Positions 42,286 to 55,772 of a DNA stretch of 64,000 nucleotides are shown piece by piece. The position numbers and the translations under genes were made by a program. The notes under the pieces are model-generated. The model saw nothing but the letters and a program-made list of their open reading frames with translations. It did no database searches and was not told the origin of the DNA. Positions within the stretch are counted from its first letter, which is position 1, and each line of letters begins with the position of its first letter. The stretch comes from Amoeboaphelidium protococcarum X5 (lineage: Eukaryota > Fungi > Aphelidiomycota), in contig JALDTO010000247.1 of the NCBI GenBank assembly GCA_023515725.1, positions 124,001 to 188,000 of the forward strand, in the 5' to 3' direction.

Positions 42286-42563
42286 GGTGCTTAAATATAA
42301 TAATCATACCACCCTCAGTCATTTTTAGTTCTTAATATGATTTATTGTCGTTTCTATTTCGTTTTTATGTGCGCCAAGGCTGATGGTAAGGCGGGCATAG
42401 AACCAATTGTCATTTCAACTCGATTTCTTCAACGGCGCGCGCTCCGTCTGTTTCTTCAACTGGCCCGACGATCCTCTTCATAAGCGAAGTAGTGCTCGTA
42501 TTAGAGGTATTGCTTACTATAGTTGCAACAACATTGTGTCAAGGTTGGGATTAATTTTATAAA

Positions 42564-43661
42564 ATGGACCAGAATTAATATTATTAATAGCAGTAGAATT
42601 AGTAGTATAAGGCCAATCCGCAGTAGTAATAGTAATAGTAGTTTGGTGGTTAGTAGTAAAAGTCTGGAGGAGCACCTGCTTATAATTAACCGCCATAGTA
42701 TTACGGCTAGTAATAGTACACTTAGTAGTAGTAGTAACAGCAACCTCAATAATAGTTATATGGCTATGGACAATTTTACTAGTAGTAACCACAGTAGTAG
42801 GAACCGCAGTAGTCACAGGGAATGTATGCTTTGTAGAATCCTTAGTAATAGTAGTAAGACTTTTTCACGTCTCAAGCCACTCAATTAATGATGAATCCTC
42901 AGGCTATCCAGATGGTTGGCTCTCAGGCATTCAGTATGGGCCAACAATTTGTTCAGTCTCAGAATTTGAATAAGTGGTTCAGCTGGGCCAGTTGGAGACC
43001 GTACTGGAACGTGGATCATTAGTATGTGGTTAAGAAGATGCTCCTTCTTCTCTTCCCCTTTAGACACAAGTAGTGGAATAGACAGCTCATCCGTTCAGAG
43101 ATTTCCGGGCATGTGGAGGGATATAAGTTGCCGCGATATGATTTAAATGCACCAGATTTGTATATTCCAGTGATGGCATTTGTCACCTATATCCTGCTTA
43201 TCGGAGCTGTGTTGGGTTTGTAGAATAAGTTTAAGCCAGATGTATTGACTATAACCGCCACTTCTGCTATGGCCATCACCATGGTTGAGGTGATGTTCCT
43301 TCGATTGGGTGTATATTTGCTCAACGTTAATATGGCAGAGAATTTGGTCTTTATCACTGACCTGGTGGCTTATTCTGGATACAAGTTTGTCACCATTCTG
43401 TTTGTGCAGAGTGTATTTCTCGCCACAGGCAACATGTTTATTCGAGGTTTTGTATACTTGTACTCTGTATTTGCTCTCGGATTGTTCGTGCTCAGGTCTC
43501 TGCGATACGTTATCCTTCCATCTACTGACTCTGCTGCCGCTAATACTATTGCTAGTGCTGCCACAAGTTCTTCGAGCGCCTCCAGTAGAAAGAGACGTGT
43601 GTATTTCCTCTTCGTCTTTGCTCTAGTCCAGGCCGTATCTGTATGGTGGTTGGTCAAGTGA
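42564..43661 (+). CDS. YIF1: YIF1 ER-Golgi trafficking membrane protein with Q/Y/G-rich N-terminus, ~365 aa
   Basis: YWNVDH(Q)[45 protein letters not shown]; the polyQ is encoded by TAG/TAA runs. Confidence 0.92.
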
Positions 43662-43819
43662 ATTGGTATTACTTTACGAATTTTGAGTGAGATAAAGTGC
43701 TCCATGAATAGTGTTGGTCAGAATGCAAGAATAATTATCAAGATTTTTAGGTTGTAATAACTGCTTTTAAATTTCTAGCATCAGCTACAGTTATCATCAT
43801 CATTTATGCATCAAAGGGA

Positions 43820-45365
43820 TCAAATTCGACCCATCTTCTGCACAATCTCCTCGAGAAATTGCGCAGACACCCCAGGACTTGACTTTTCAGCATCTTCAAA
43901 GGCTTTCTTGATGGAAGCGTACGCAGTGTTGGCTGCAGGTGATTTTGCGCCCGACTGGAGGTTAACTAGTAATGGTTCAATCACAAGCTTGAACTTGTCA
44001 GGAGCAGCGGCTGGCTTTGGAGGTGGTACGAATGCAGGACCATTTTATTATCGGGACGAAGACAATGTCTACTCAGATGTGTATCCGCCTTAGAAGCTCT
44101 ACGGCAATGATCCCTTTCTTACGGAATTTTGTTCCTATTTTAGGTTTTGCACGGCGCTTGACGGCAACTTTACAGTGTTGAATTACTAAGTAGGCACTAT
44201 TGGCTTAGCCGCTACATTGTATGGGCTGCTGGTGAGTTTCACAGTAGCCTGACCATCTGAAATTATACTTGATGCAGAAGCATTAGGCTAAGGTGCATTC
44301 GCTGGCTACTGCTGCTGTTATTTTACATCAACCCCTTGAGTAGCATTAGGCTTTTTCACCGTACCAAAGTCCCAGTTGGCTTCTTCTCCATTATTCTTGC
44401 CATTAGATCGGTCCTCTTCGCCATCACTACTATCGTCATCACCATGTTCGGCGATGAAGCGCTCATGCCTCTCAATCAGTTCAGTGAGGTAGCTGGTCTT
44501 CTTGGCACTTTTGATCAGTCGATGCTTCAGCAATTCCTTGGCAGGCTATCTTCCTTTGGGGTCCTTCACCAGGCAGAGGGAGACAAACTCCTTGAGTGCC
44601 TTGCTAAAGTTACCTTCCAGCACTGGTGGATCATTTTTAGGAATGATAAACAGGACGCGCATGGGGTGCATATCAGAGTGTGGTGGTGCGCCTTTCGCCA
44701 TCTCGATTGCAGTGATGCCTAGAGACCAGATATCAGCACTGTAATCATAACCAGACTGGGAGATCACCTCAGGACTCATCCAGAATGGTGTACCCACAAA
44801 AGTCTACCGCTTGGTCATGGTCGCTGTGATTTGACCAGAGACACCAAAATCCGCCAGCTTCACTTCACCGCCGGCAGTTAGTAGAATATTAGCAGCCTTG
44901 ATGTCTCTGTGCAGCTTCTGCTTAGCATGCAGATACTCCAAACCTTTCAGCACCTCACGCAGTATGATGGCAATGAACACCTCTTCGAAAGGACCTGGCT
45001 TCATCAAATCGAGGCAACTTCCACCAGCACACAGCTCCATAATGATCCACAGCGTAGTCTTGTCCAGGTAACTGCCAAAGTATTTAGTGCAAAATTCTGA
45101 ATCAAGCTAAGCCATAATTTTGATCTCCTGTTAAATGTCATCAATCTCATCTTCAGCACTACACGATTATGAGCACTTATAGTTAAGATACTGGATAAAT
45201 ACGAGGAAATAAGATTAATAATTACCTCTCCAAATCAATTAATTTGATTGCCACTGGCATCTTTGTGCGCTTATCCATCCCTCTGTACACCTCTCCGAAT
45301 GAACCTTTGCCGATACGGCTGACCTTCTCATACAGGTCGTTTGGGTTAGCTGATGAGCTTGTCAT
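43820..45365 (-). CDS. GCK-III STE20-family kinase (STK24/25/26, Sid1/Kic1-related), intron 45159-45225, ~492 aa
   Basis: [18 protein letters not shown](Q)[40 protein letters not shown]; C-terminal [11 protein letters not shown] dimerisation-type motif. Confidence 0.93.
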
Positions 45366-45970
45366 TTTTACTCAGGCAATCTGAATTTAGATATATACAA
45401 TGGCTGTTATACACAATTATAGAATAAGCTAGCTAGTAGAATAAAATCAACATTAATAATAATCAATAATGGTGTGTGTTTATTACAACGTCGCCAAGTT
45501 CTATTTTGGTTACTTGACGACGTGTATGCTCTCTCTCTCTTATGGCTGAAAGATGTGAGGTTGATGTATTGATTATAATACAAACATGGCAATTGAAGCT
45601 ATTTGTATGGTTTTATTACAAGTATTAGATAGATGTGATATATAATGATTAAAAGTGTGGTTAATCATGTGGTGCTATGAAAGACTGGCGTGATCTCCGT
45701 CCTACACGCGTTATACGTACGCTTCTAACTTTCAGCGCCAATGGTCCGCTGATGGTGGGTATATGTCTGCACTATTAATGCCATTTACTCCATTTTGGCA
45801 GATATTTCACCAAGACTCGAGTGCAGCAGTTGCCGATTCGGCTAATGCCAGGTCATCAGTGGCTTGAGATGGTCGAATTGGCCCGTTTCAGATGGATCGA
45901 TCCGAGTTTCGAACTGCATATATGCCTAATCGGGTAGTGTTTGAGATTAAAGCCACTTATCGATTATCGG

Positions 45971-45979
45971 CTATAAAAG
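45971..45979 (+). promoter_or_regulatory. TATA-box-like CTATAAAAG upstream of the expansin-like gene
   Basis: Canonical TATAAAAG about 100 bp before ATG 46070. Confidence 0.45.
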
Positions 45980-46069
45980 CACGATAATGCATCTATCTAC
46001 TTCATCCTCTTTCAAGAATCTAATCAATAACTTGTCATTTACTGAGCTTAACAACCTTATATTACAACA

Positions 46070-46843
46070 ATGAACAAAATCTCTCTGTGTATATTGTGTG
46101 CTGCTTGTGTAATGTCATCTCCTATCACGTCCGAGGATCGTGGTGATATGCAAGGCTATCATTCTATTGTTGGTCCAAGTGGCTCTATGTATTGGATAGC
46201 GGATGGTTCTCATACCTCTCTATAACCGGGTATCACTACGCCTACAGTTACCTCAGTAACAACACCTTCGGTATCTGCCTCTGCTATTGCTTCCTCATCT
46301 CAGACGACGATTGAGCCTTCTACCAGTGCCAGTGCATCTTCATCCGTTACATCTGAAGTTCAGGTTCCATCTTCTGTGCCAACGTCTACTCAAACTGACA
46401 GTATCGTGTCTACTACTGGCAGTACTCAAGACGCGTCTCCTTCTCCATCTGCTACTCCAGCTGAAACAACTACCCAGGCACCCGATTCCTCCTCTACTAG
46501 CACTGAAGCTGCAACTCCTTCCACTGAATCCGCAGTTCCAGCTGGTGGCGAGTTTACTGGAGATGCTACCTACTACACTGCAGTCTCTGGATTTGGAGCT
46601 TGTGAAATCACGCATGATTCCCCTTATGTTGTGGCTATGAATGCTGCTCAGTACAACAAGAAGGAAAACTGTGGGAAGTGCGTGTAGATTTCTGGTGCAA
46701 GAGGTAGTGCCAAGGCTCAAGTGGTTGATCTGTGTCCTGGTTGTGGATTTGGAGCTCTGGATTTGAACGAGCCCCTCTTCCCACTAATTGACGATCCTGA
46801 CAAGGGACGCGTCACCATCAGCTGGTCTTTCGTTGAATGCTGA
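46070..46843 (+). CDS. Secreted expansin-like/loosenin (RlpA DPBB) protein with S/T-rich linker, ~257 aa
   Basis: Signal peptide; S/T/P-rich stalk; FTGDATYY..GFGAC..VVAMN..CGKCV..VVDLCPGC..LDL..ISWSFVEC. Confidence 0.9.
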
Positions 46844-46953
46844 TCTACCTAATGTATAATTGCAACCTTTATCGAGTGTTATGTTTATTTGCAAAAGTGT
46901 TTGGTGTAATAATTAATTAAATTTGCATGTATTTTATGAATCGGATACAAATT

Positions 46954-49161
<2,208 letters not shown>

Positions 49162-49452
49162 TTTAATATTTCTTAAGATTTTACACTGAAATATATACTT
49201 ATAAGACTTTCTATAGGTCTATTTTATCTAAATCTTCTTCTGTATAGACAAAGACAAAGGCAAAGTAACGCGACACGCGTAAAGTTAGAGAAGCAGCTGA
49301 GTGGATTGGAAGGAGAGCGCGAAAACTGAGCAAATCTTTTACAACGAAAGCTTCTTCTCGTTGTCACTGCGAGATCGAAACAATACCTCATTGATTATCG
49401 ATTGATTCATATCTAATCCGAGTATTCAATACATATTCTACTTATTATAATA

Positions 49453-50604
49453 ATGACATCGAATGAGAATAGCAAGAAAGTTACCGCGGTTGGTAAAGTG
49501 AATCCGCTGGTCCATTTTATGGCTGGCGGTGTCGGTGGTACGATCGGAGCTGTGATTACGTGTCCACTTGAAGTGGTCAAGACTCGCCAGCAGTCATCTA
49601 CATATCACAAGAATGGAAGCGGTAGAGGTATTGTGTTTATGCTCAAGGAGATCAGACATAATGAAGGTATTAGGGGATTGTGGAAAGGTCTCGGTCCTAA
49701 TCTGCTAGGTGTGATACCATCCAGAGCCATCTATTTTAGCACTTATGCATCGGCTAAACAATACTTTACTCATGATCTGAGATTGAACAGTGGCCGAGAA
49801 TCTTCTCTCATTCATTTGATATCTGCCGCGACTGCTGGCTTTACTACAGCCACCTTCACTAATCCTATCTGGCTTATTAAGACACGTATGTAGTTACAGA
49901 ATCAACGTCGTCAATCATCGCCCAGCGTCATTTCTGGATAGTCGTCACCTAACAGTAAAAGTTTATCATCTTAATCATCATCGGCATCGAAGAATATCAA
50001 TGGCATTATGAAGAGATAGGCTCATGGAATGTCAATCGCTGTACCTGCTCCTTAAACATCTGGTGTATATTATAAGAATAGTTTCGACTGTATGATTCAG
50101 GTGGTAAAGTAAGAGGGCGTTAAGGGACTATTTCGCGGTCTTACAGCTTCGTATCTTGGTATCGCTGAGTAGACTATGCAGTGGGTGGTGTATGAGAAGT
50201 TGAAGAAGAGCATGCGACAATTTAGAGATACCGCCGATGGAGATCATGTGTAGATTTAACAATAGTCGCAGATGGCGAGTTAGATGGTAGATAATCTGTT
50301 GGTTGCCGGTGTTGCAAAGTTCATTGCCTCGATAAGCACGTATCCGCATGAGGTATTGCGTACAAGGATGCGTTAGGTGATGACTATTACTTCTGTCAAT
50401 GCTGAAGGTCGCGCCATCACAATCGGTAAGCCAAAGTATTCTGGAATGACTGATGTGGTGAAGCAGGTGTGGAGGACTGAAGGTCTGTTGGCGTTTTATG
50501 GTGGACTTGGCGCGCATCTCCTCAGAACAGTCCCGAATGCTGCGATTATGTTCTTCTGCTACGAGTCTATAATATACCTGGCTAATGAGAAGCTTCAGTT
50601 GTGA
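49453..50604 (+). CDS. RIM2: Mitochondrial pyrimidine nucleotide carrier Rim2/SLC25A33/36, ~383 aa
   Basis: ITCPLEVVKTR, PSRAIYF, TNPIWLIKTRM(Q)LQ, GLTASYLG, YPHEVLRTRMR(Q), RTVPNAAIMF. Confidence 0.93.
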
Positions 50605-50778
50605 TTACTTTTGGCGTTAAAGTTGAAAATTGTAGTTCTCCGGTATGTATATTATCTCCTCAAAGATCGAATGAATTTTTTACTCATCAATAGAAATACT
50701 TTAGAAATTTTAATCCTTTATGGATGTTATTGCACTTTTTAAGTATTATTTTTTTGTTATTCCATCAATAAACACATA

Positions 50779-52785
50779 TCAAAGATCCAATTCCGATGCC
50801 AAACTCTCCAGCTGCTTACTGATGTCGTCCAAGTCGGCGATGGACAGCACTGATTACGCATTGACCGTTGTTTTGTTGCTACCATCGACCGATAGGACAT
50901 CATCCGGTTTTTGGTTCTACTTCTATCCAGCAGCATTCTATTACATATACTACCCTTTCAACGATTTAACAGCCTTCAGTTCAACCTTCTTTGCAGACGC
51001 GTAATGAACTGATCCTCTCGATGCTTTGATAGCGGCTTTAGTGGCAACCAATGGGCTACCAACATTATTACCACCATTTACATCTCTAGAAGGTGGCAAT
51101 GGTGGTGGCTTTTAAATGGAACTTTAGATTGATGGTTGCGACATTGGTTTTTATATATTGGCATTTCCAACACTTTCGCCCACAGCACCGCCAAACTATT
51201 ATGAGCTAGCATTAGGCTCAAATGGTCTGTGAGTAGAACTAGTGCTACTATTGTTAGTCTAGTTTGATGAAATCTACCTGGAATCACTATTCGAGATGGC
51301 CTTGAGTGAAGAGCTATTTGCTGCAATCTATTACTATGACGCAGCTGTACCAAATTTATCATTGCCCAATTTCACATTAATGGCAGCGTTGATCTCTGCC
51401 GTGAGATTGGATAATTCTAGTTAACTTCCCATGCTGGCCATACTTGCTAGATTGTTAATAGATAACATATGTGAATCAGTAGGGGAGGCTTGTTTCTAGC
51501 TACCAATCTGGACAGAATTACCTGGCTTGAAAGCAGAAGGTAAAGGCGGTCTCTATAATGCTCCTTATTCGCTACCATGAACAGTCTTGTTTATAGAATC
51601 TTGTCCTGGTGCGAATGCAGATTTTGGTCGATTTACTGTCGCAGATGGCTTAAGTGCGTCGGTGGAAGCATATTGATTCGCCTTCATGGTTCCTCCTGTA
51701 GGAGGAGCCTATAAGAAAGGACGTTACTGATTCTGCACTTCCTGGATTTTGCTACTTAAAGCATTTACCATATATACACCAGCGTCTTTTCCAGATTACT
51801 TCGCCTAAGTAGATGAACTCTGACCAATTGCACTCGAGATCTACTCGATATTAGGCTTGGTAGCTATAGGGACCGGAGGCAACTGAGGCTTTGCTTTAGT
51901 GATGACTGGCGCATTAACAGCTTCTTGCTCAGTTGGAATAGATACAAGAGGAATTGGCGGCTTTCTAGAAGCTGCAGGTAAAGGGGGAGCTACAGCTGAT
52001 TGTACAGCAGGCTAAGCGACCGGGGCATTAGAAACCTGAACTTGCGGTTGTTCGCTAGGCAAATCAAATTAAACTACTCGATGTGTTCCAGATTTCGAAT
52101 TGACTAGATCAAGGGCTTGAGCGGAATTATGGATCGACTAAACTTGCTCAGCAGCAGCAGATACAGATATCACTGATGACTGGGTAATTCCGGTGGACTA
52201 ATTCTACTTTGGATTGTACGTGCTTGAAGGTGACTTTTAGCGCGAAATGTCACCAGAGCTACTGATATTCTCTCTAGATTTTGCCATTGCAGACTTGATT
52301 GCATTGTACTCCATTTCGCGTTGTGCTTTCTTCTCCACCAGAGACATAGTCGAACCTTTAGCCATTTGGCCCTTAGATCCGAGTCCAGATTGGCCCTCAT
52401 CATTCACCACAATACTCAACTTGCTTCCACGTTTCAAGTCCAGCCGTTTCTTGACTCGGCGCGCGCGTCTTCTTTGACTGCAACAGTAGGCAATACTGAT
52501 AAGGATGATCAGCAACAGGAAACCTCCACCGCCGTAAATCTATGCCTGCGTAGTGGGAGTCGAGAAATCCAACTTCCATCCATAGATATTGATTTCATTA
52601 GTATTTTTAGTTACTGTGGTAGATGTTTAGTATTGGACGGTCTATGATGATGTTGTACTAAGTGCTGATAAGCTACCGCCAGTCGTTGTTGTTTCAGCAT
52701 TCAACTGCGTTGTAGTAATCGTCGAACTTTACGCACAGACTTTCAGTAGCCACCACAGTAAAATTACAGTCAGTATCTGGAACAT
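50779..52785 (-). CDS. Type I membrane protein: signal peptide, S/T-rich ectodomain, one TM, long P/S/Q-rich cytoplasmic tail, ~668 aa
   Basis: MFQILTVILLWWLLKVCA, T-rich stretch, GGGGFLLLIILISIAYCCSQRRRARR; one frame to TGA 50779-50781. Confidence 0.75.
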
Positions 52786-53161
52786 GATGTAGTTCTTACT
52801 TTCCCTAGATTATCAATTTTTAAGTTTATAGGGCTTAGAATAACTTATGGTGAACTTAAAAGTTGCTGATTTAAATCCTAAAATAAGGATCTCTAAAGAT
52901 GTGCTATTTATATCACTTTAGAAATTCAACAAATGAGGGAGTAACTGGTAATCGAAGTTCGCAATGCAGTAATCTTTCATAGGAGCTCTAAATTTATATT
53001 TGATAACAGCACGCAAAGCTCTAGATAATTTGAATTTGAAGCCTGCACTGATAATCTGTGAAGGTTTTTTTACGGAACTAACAGTCATTTCGCCATTTTA
53101 TCAAAGTTTTTGGCTCTGCTTTAGATCATTCTTCACGCTAGACACAGTCAAACGTTCCAGA

Positions 53162-54315
53162 ATGAGCGAGAAATTAGATTAGATGCTGCTTAAGCACTCC
53201 CATCAGTTCCAGACTTTTGAGTCTACTCTACGCACGCTTACATACATACTGCCAGGTATGCTTTCTGCTGTTTTTAATGCCTCTTGCTGAATTAATAGCA
53301 TGTTAATTTATGGATTTTTGTAGGCCGTTTTGAAGATGCCGAGTTTGTGTCTGAGGGACTGTACGCGTGTCTTAATCTAGTTGGAATGTATTATGACAAT
53401 ATACTGGCGAAAAAGTATCCTAAATTGTTGACAACTTAGTAGACAAGTCCTTTTAATCTGTACATACGGTGGCTGTTGCAGCGATCCAATCCGGTGAACA
53501 CTGTATCCCACTTACTAGCTATTACCCAACACTTGCAAATTCTAGTAGAGTTGACTGTGCGAAAGTTTTTTGGTGATGAGGTGCACATCAACTTTATAAT
53601 GATTACAGAGCTGTGCAAGTTTGTGGCGCGTATGTTTGTAATGCATAAGGGCAATTATAGGATGGTTCTCAGCACAGCGGTTCCTGAGCGTTAACATGAG
53701 TTGGTCAACAGTGATTTGACTGGTGATCATCTTGAAGAGGAAGATGGCGGATTATCGCAATAGTAAAAGCTTCCCTCTGGTGATCTTGATCAATACCTGG
53801 TAAATAAAGCGATGGAGTCCAAAATGAGAAAACCATAGAACTTAGTTAAATCCATGACAGGCGAAAGTTTGGCTGGAGAGATATTATACTGGGTGAGACC
53901 TGTACTGTATGCGTGGCTTCTGAAAAAGTATGGCACCAAAAGCTGGAAGCCTTGGTTAACGTCTCTCGCTGTTGATTCTATGGCTTAATGTATGATTAGA
54001 GGTTAGCTGCTTTAGATGCTGCAGAGACTTCCAAATGTATTAAAACTCCTTGCAGCCACTCGATTTCATGCCAGCAGTAGTTAGATGATCAGTAGAACTA
54101 AAACATTCACCATGTTGGAAAGAGATGAACTCAACAAAAGACTCTGGCTGCTACTTTATTACCTACTCAGAAATCCAATTTACTCTGAATTTACTAAAGG
54201 TCAGTTGGAAGCTATATGCAACACTAAAATTCCGATAGTGTCCATATTCACCGGAATCCTTCACGAGTACATACCACTCTGGGACAAGATTTACTTTTAC
54301 ACATCCGCTAGTTGA
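53162..54315 (+). CDS. PEX16: Peroxin Pex16, intron 53256-53323, ~361 aa
   Basis: ESTLRTLTYILPG|RFEDAEFVSE, EILYWVRPVLY, SWKPW, YYLLRNPIY, YIPLWDKIYFYTSAS. Confidence 0.93.
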
Positions 54316-54423
54316 ACTCGAGATTATGATCAAGTTAATAAAAATGCAATTTAAATGAGGTTAAACCTTTATTATCATTAACAATTTCAATATACGAATA
54401 TGCGAGTTTGTATTTAAAAGCAA

Positions 54424-55602
54424 TCATACAGATTAGACCAGAGTGTTATTCGCTTGTTGATCTAATGATACAGAGAGGGCACTACCCAATGCTTCATCAT
54501 GATCGTCTTCTTATACTTGACGCAAAGCTTTCTGAATCATGAAAAAGATGTAATATCCTCCAACGATGGCGAAGAGAGATGCAATACCAAGACCGGTCCA
54601 TTCCAATATTTTAACCACTTTATTTCCATTACCATTACCACCACCACTTGGAACGCCGCCATGCCTGATTGCTTCAGCGAAATCATCGAGCTGAGATCCC
54701 ACCATGGCATGTAGTATAGTTTTCACAAGGGACACTGCAGTTCCAATAACAAATTTGTGCATCGGAACTGAGTCGATATTGGGCAGAGTGATATTGAGTA
54801 GAGTGTACGGATACGGGGCGAGTCTGAGCAAGACGATCATCTTAAGACATTCGTGAGGATTCTTGGACAAGTACCGCGACAGTGAACTCAAAAGATTTTC
54901 AGACTTTTTTTGCGGCGCTCGTATGATATCTATAATACTTTAAACACCACTAGCATTATCAGAATCACGGTGGGACTGTTGATGACGTGGCGTGAGAGGT
55001 ACATACTCTGCATTAGCATCTATAAATCTTGGCATCATGGAAGAATTTAATAATTGATCATGTGCACCATCATTGTGATCATAATCATGATTGACCAACT
55101 GCGAACTTGAAGCAAAAGATGGATCCTAGATAGAGTCATAATGTGCTTATTATTAAGGATTAAGATGCAATGATTGCTACAATGCTGATGTGTCAATAAT
55201 AGAGCTCCGGTGACCGCGACGTTAAAATATAAAGCGCGTGACGGCAAAGCAAAGAGACGCGCCCAGCAGAGCTCCAATAAAGTTTATCGCGAATCCTCTC
55301 CATACGCCAAAGAGCCATCCGCTCAGTGTCAGAGTGAGACCATATCCTATGAGAGGTGGGAATGACGTGGCTATCAGCATGCCAACTATAATCAGTCTAG
55401 ATTACCATGGATGACTAGGCAAATAATCCTTCTTCAGCCAGTCCGCGGAGGATATGATTTGATTGCGATTAAGATAAAACACCAGAAATAAGATCCCAGA
55501 TACGATTAGAATCAGCGCCAGTACAATCATCTGCCTCTTATGCTGCCTGACGAATTCTACCGCTTCATTTAAATAATTACCAAATCGCCTCTTAATATTC
55601 AT
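54424..55602 (-). CDS. TVP38: TVP38/TMEM64 (VTT/DedA, SNARE-associated) Golgi membrane protein, ~392 aa
   Basis: TSFPPLIGYG..GWLFG, MIVLLRLAPYPYTLLN; one frame to TGA 54424-54426. Confidence 0.85.
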
Positions 55603-55772
55603 TGATTAAATTGTATAGCGCGATTATTAAATACTGAATGATTTTACACTGCGAAAGGGAAGAGAAAGGTTGATCTACCGTTTTATTCAAAGGCACATAG
55701 TAGCATTATAAAAGAGACGTTATCAGTGAAAGGATCTTAAAATTTAGTATTTAGCAATTGCAAATGTATATA

